Shown piece after piece: positions 61,721-64,000 of a DNA stretch of 64,000 nt; positions within the stretch are counted from its first letter, which is position 1, and every line of letters starts with the position of its first letter. Both the position numbers and the translations under genes were made by a program. This DNA comes from Methanomicrobia archaeon (lineage in GTDB: Archaea; Halobacteriota; Bog-38; Methanoflorentales; Methanoflorentaceae), in the NCBI GenBank assembly GCA_015661395.1, contig JACWML010000010.1, positions 2,499 through 66,498 of the forward strand. Direction: 5' to 3'. The notes beneath the pieces were generated by a model that ran no database searches, was not told the DNA's origin, and saw nothing but the letters and a program-made list of their open reading frames with translations.

Positions 61721-62679
61721 TGGAAGACGTGATAGGAGTACACGAGCTTACGAAGAAGTTCGGCGACTTTGTTGCGGTTGACCACATCAACTTCACAGTC
61801 AAGAGAGGTGAAATATTCGGGTTCCTCGGTCCAAACGGAGCTGGAAAATCAACGGCCATAAAGATGCTGACAACACTGCTGCATCCGACTTCAGGTTCCG
61901 CCGAGATCTGTGGGTACGACGTGGTCAAAGATAGTGACGAAGTCAGAAGGCATATCGGAATTGTTTTCCAAGACCGGTCCAGCGATGACTATCTAACGGG
62001 CAGACAGAACCTTGATTTTCATGCACGAATGTACGAAATGAGCGGGGAGGAAAGGGAGAGCAAGATAGAGGAGGTCCTCGATTTGCTTGAGCTGAAAGGA
62101 AAAGAGAACATCAAGCTTCACAATTTGCCAGAAGGCGTTCGTCGACGATTTGAAGTGGCAAGAGGCTTCATGACTCGTCCGGACGTCGTGTTCCTCGACG
62201 AACCTACCATAGGATTTGATATAAAGGCGAGGATGGATTTATGGAACCAGATAAAGACGGCGAGGGAGATCGAGGGAGTAACCGTTTCGCTCACGACGCA
62301 TTTTATCGAGGAGGCGAACTATCTCTGTGATCGCGTGGCTATCATCGACAAGGCAAAGATAATAGCGCTGGATACGCCTCAGAAGCTGAAGGAGGCGGTA
62401 GGGTCCGATTTAATCTCACTTCAAATTGCTGACGGAGGAGAGAAGAGGGCTACGTTCATGGAGAAGGTAAACGAGCTTGACTGGATAACGCGTGTTGAGG
62501 AATACAGCAATTCGATTTTGTTAAATGCGGAAAGCGGTGAGGGAAGGGTGGCTGACCTCATAGATTTTGCGGATACGCATGGATTTGTCATTACATCTAT
62601 AGATGAGCGTGAACCGAGCCTCGAGGACGTCTTTTTGTACTTCACCGGCAGGACGATACGAGAGGCTGAAGGTGGGTAG
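61717..62679 (+). CDS. ABC transporter ATP-binding protein (second)
   Basis: Walker A GPNGAGKST and Walker B VVFLDEPTIGFD. The signature motif is degenerate (LPEGVRRR). Start overlaps the previous stop. Confidence 0.9.
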   Translation: MMEDVIGVHELTKKFGDFVAVDHINFTVKRGEIFGFLGPNGAGKSTAIKMLTTLLHPTSGSAEICGYDVVKDSDEVRRHIGIVFQDRSSDDYLTGRQNLDFHARMYEMSGEERESKIEEVLDLLELKGKENIKLHNLPEGVRRRFEVARGFMTRPDVVFLDEPTIGFDIKARMDLWNQIKTAREIEGVTVSLTTHFIEEANYLCDRVAIIDKAKIIALDTPQKLKEAVGSDLISLQIADGGEKRATFMEKVNELDWITRVEEYSNSILLNAESGEGRVADLIDFADTHGFVITSIDEREPSLEDVFLYFTGRTIREAEGG

Positions 62680-62714
62680 ATGAGATTGGAACGAAACGCG
62701 GGCGGGATGGTAAA

Positions 62715-63542
62715 ATGGAAGTGCAAGAAGTAACTCACAAACCCCTATTTGAGGGCGAGCCAATTTACAGCATGTGGTTGCGGGAATTGATACGATTCTC
62801 CGCCATGCGATCGCGAATCCTCGCGACATTCGCCTCGCCGTTGATCTGGCTTCTTTTTTTAGGTATTCCATTGAGTCAGATCTTTGCAAGTGGAGGAGCA
62901 AGCCAGAGTGTGCCTGGGGGATTGCCCTTCTTCGCGTTCATCGTTCCAGGAATTGTCAGCATGGGCTTGCTATTCGGGGGTACGAATAGTGGTGTCACCG
63001 TCCTCTGGGACAAGGAGTTCGGGTTCCTAAAGGAGGTGATGGTCGCTCCTGTGCGGCGCACATCGCTCATGATAGGCAGGAGCTTAGGAGCGCTGACGAT
63101 CGCACTCATTCAAGCTCTGGCCACGATAGGAATTGCTCTTATCCTCGGCACATGGCTTGGTTTCAGAATCATTAGCGTTGCTGGTTTCTTCTTGGCGATG
63201 GGCTTCATGATTATTACCTTCTTTGCTTTCGTTGGTTTCGGCTTGACGCTGGGCGCCTTGATCGAGAATACTGAGGGATTCATGACAATTGTGCGCATGT
63301 TAGAGTTTCCGATGTTTTTCCTGTCTGGTGCCTTATTGCCACTTACAGTGATTAAGGGCATTCCTGTTTTGTATCAGCTACAATTCATCAACCCCCTTAC
63401 GTATGGCGTTGACGGGGTACGGGGGCTTCTCACCGGCGTATTCCTCCTTCCGGCATGGCTTGATCTAACTGTCATTGTCGCTTTCGCACTGCTATTCCTT
63501 TTCCTAGGTGCCTATGCATTTTCTAGGATGGAAGTTGACTAA
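62715..63542 (+). CDS. ABC-2 family transporter permease
   Basis: 275 aa, 6 TM. Last gene of the MarR-ABC cassette. Confidence 0.8.
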   Translation: MEVQEVTHKPLFEGEPIYSMWLRELIRFSAMRSRILATFASPLIWLLFLGIPLSQIFASGGASQSVPGGLPFFAFIVPGIVSMGLLFGGTNSGVTVLWDKEFGFLKEVMVAPVRRTSLMIGRSLGALTIALIQALATIGIALILGTWLGFRIISVAGFFLAMGFMIITFFAFVGFGLTLGALIENTEGFMTIVRMLEFPMFFLSGALLPLTVIKGIPVLYQLQFINPLTYGVDGVRGLLTGVFLLPAWLDLTVIVAFALLFLFLGAYAFSRMEVD

Positions 63543-64000
63543 GTGTAGCCTTAACCCGGTAGAAAGAGGGGCAAAGAATAATCCCCAATGAATTGACGAA
63601 GCCAAGAATGGTAGTGCCGTTAGAGCGTAATCCGCTTAACGCAAAAAATGAGTATGGATTAATAAACAAGCGTAGCGCTCTGCCGCTCAATAGCAGCAGC
63701 AGCCTCGCTGTTTTCGTCTCCTACCCGTGATGACACGGTCTTTATCAAAGCCGTCATCACCGAGCCTTTCAATCCCCCGGTGTTCGGTAATGGCCTCTCG
63801 GTCAGGCTCCTCAACGGCGTACTTGTCGAGGATGAAATCCCACTTGTACGATTCGTTCGGCAGGATAAATGACTCGAGGGGTTTCTCCGTTTTCCTTTTT
63901 GCGTGCATCTTTTTCTCTCACCTCCATAGCCAAGAGAGGCGGATGACCTAGTCAACGCATCCTTCATACTCTATAGAGAACTCCGGAGTGGCGTCCTTCG

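Noticed and set aside
1-64000. CRISPR arrays, rRNA and tRNA genes
   Set aside because: No regularly spaced 25-40-bp repeats were seen. No rRNA-like stretches. The intergenic regions scanned by eye lacked T-loop or acceptor-stem-like tRNA signatures. This has to be confirmed with tRNAscan/Infernal.

Overview
This 64-kb window is high-GC (~57-60%) chromosomal DNA from a euryarchaeon, most plausibly a methanogen-like lineage. Supporting signs are a complete A1AO ATP synthase operon, an archaeosortase PGF-CTERM substrate, GGGP synthase, L40e, Tsr3, an FmdE-family protein, DUF169/DUF3795 proteins and an iron-sulfur flavoprotein.

Core genes are intact. They include atpHIKECFABD on the minus strand (1.1-9.7 kb) with a second, convergent atpD paralog truncated at the window start, topA, gatB, a full trpEGDCFBA operon (51.0-57.5 kb), and three ABC-2 exporter cassettes, one with an AbrB-type and one with a MarR-type regulator.

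The 25-50 kb segment looks accessory. It holds duplicated small HTH-like genes around a secreted repeat protein, a lipoprotein with a Lon-like S16 protease domain next to membrane proteins and a membrane-tethered wHTH regulator, a catalase inactivated by a 1-nt indel in a poly-G/C run, a multi-PAS/GAF histidine kinase broken in at least two places, and a cluster of Cys-rich metal-binding proteins.

The most unusual locus is at 45.3-49.2 kb on the minus strand. An 861-aa protein fuses a RelA/SpoT-type nucleotidyltransferase (alarmone-synthetase-like) domain to TPR repeats, a SLOG/LOG-like Rossmann domain and two C-terminal RyR repeats. It lies directly downstream of a NUDIX hydrolase and a possible RNase H-fold (terminase-type) nuclease. 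This is a candidate nucleotide-second-messenger signalling or conflict module not known from archaea.

A low-GC island (58.8-60.1 kb) precedes a MarR + ABC exporter cassette. No rRNA, tRNA or CRISPR arrays were recognised by eye. Several frameshifts sit in homopolymers, so assembly error versus genuine pseudogenisation needs read-level checking.
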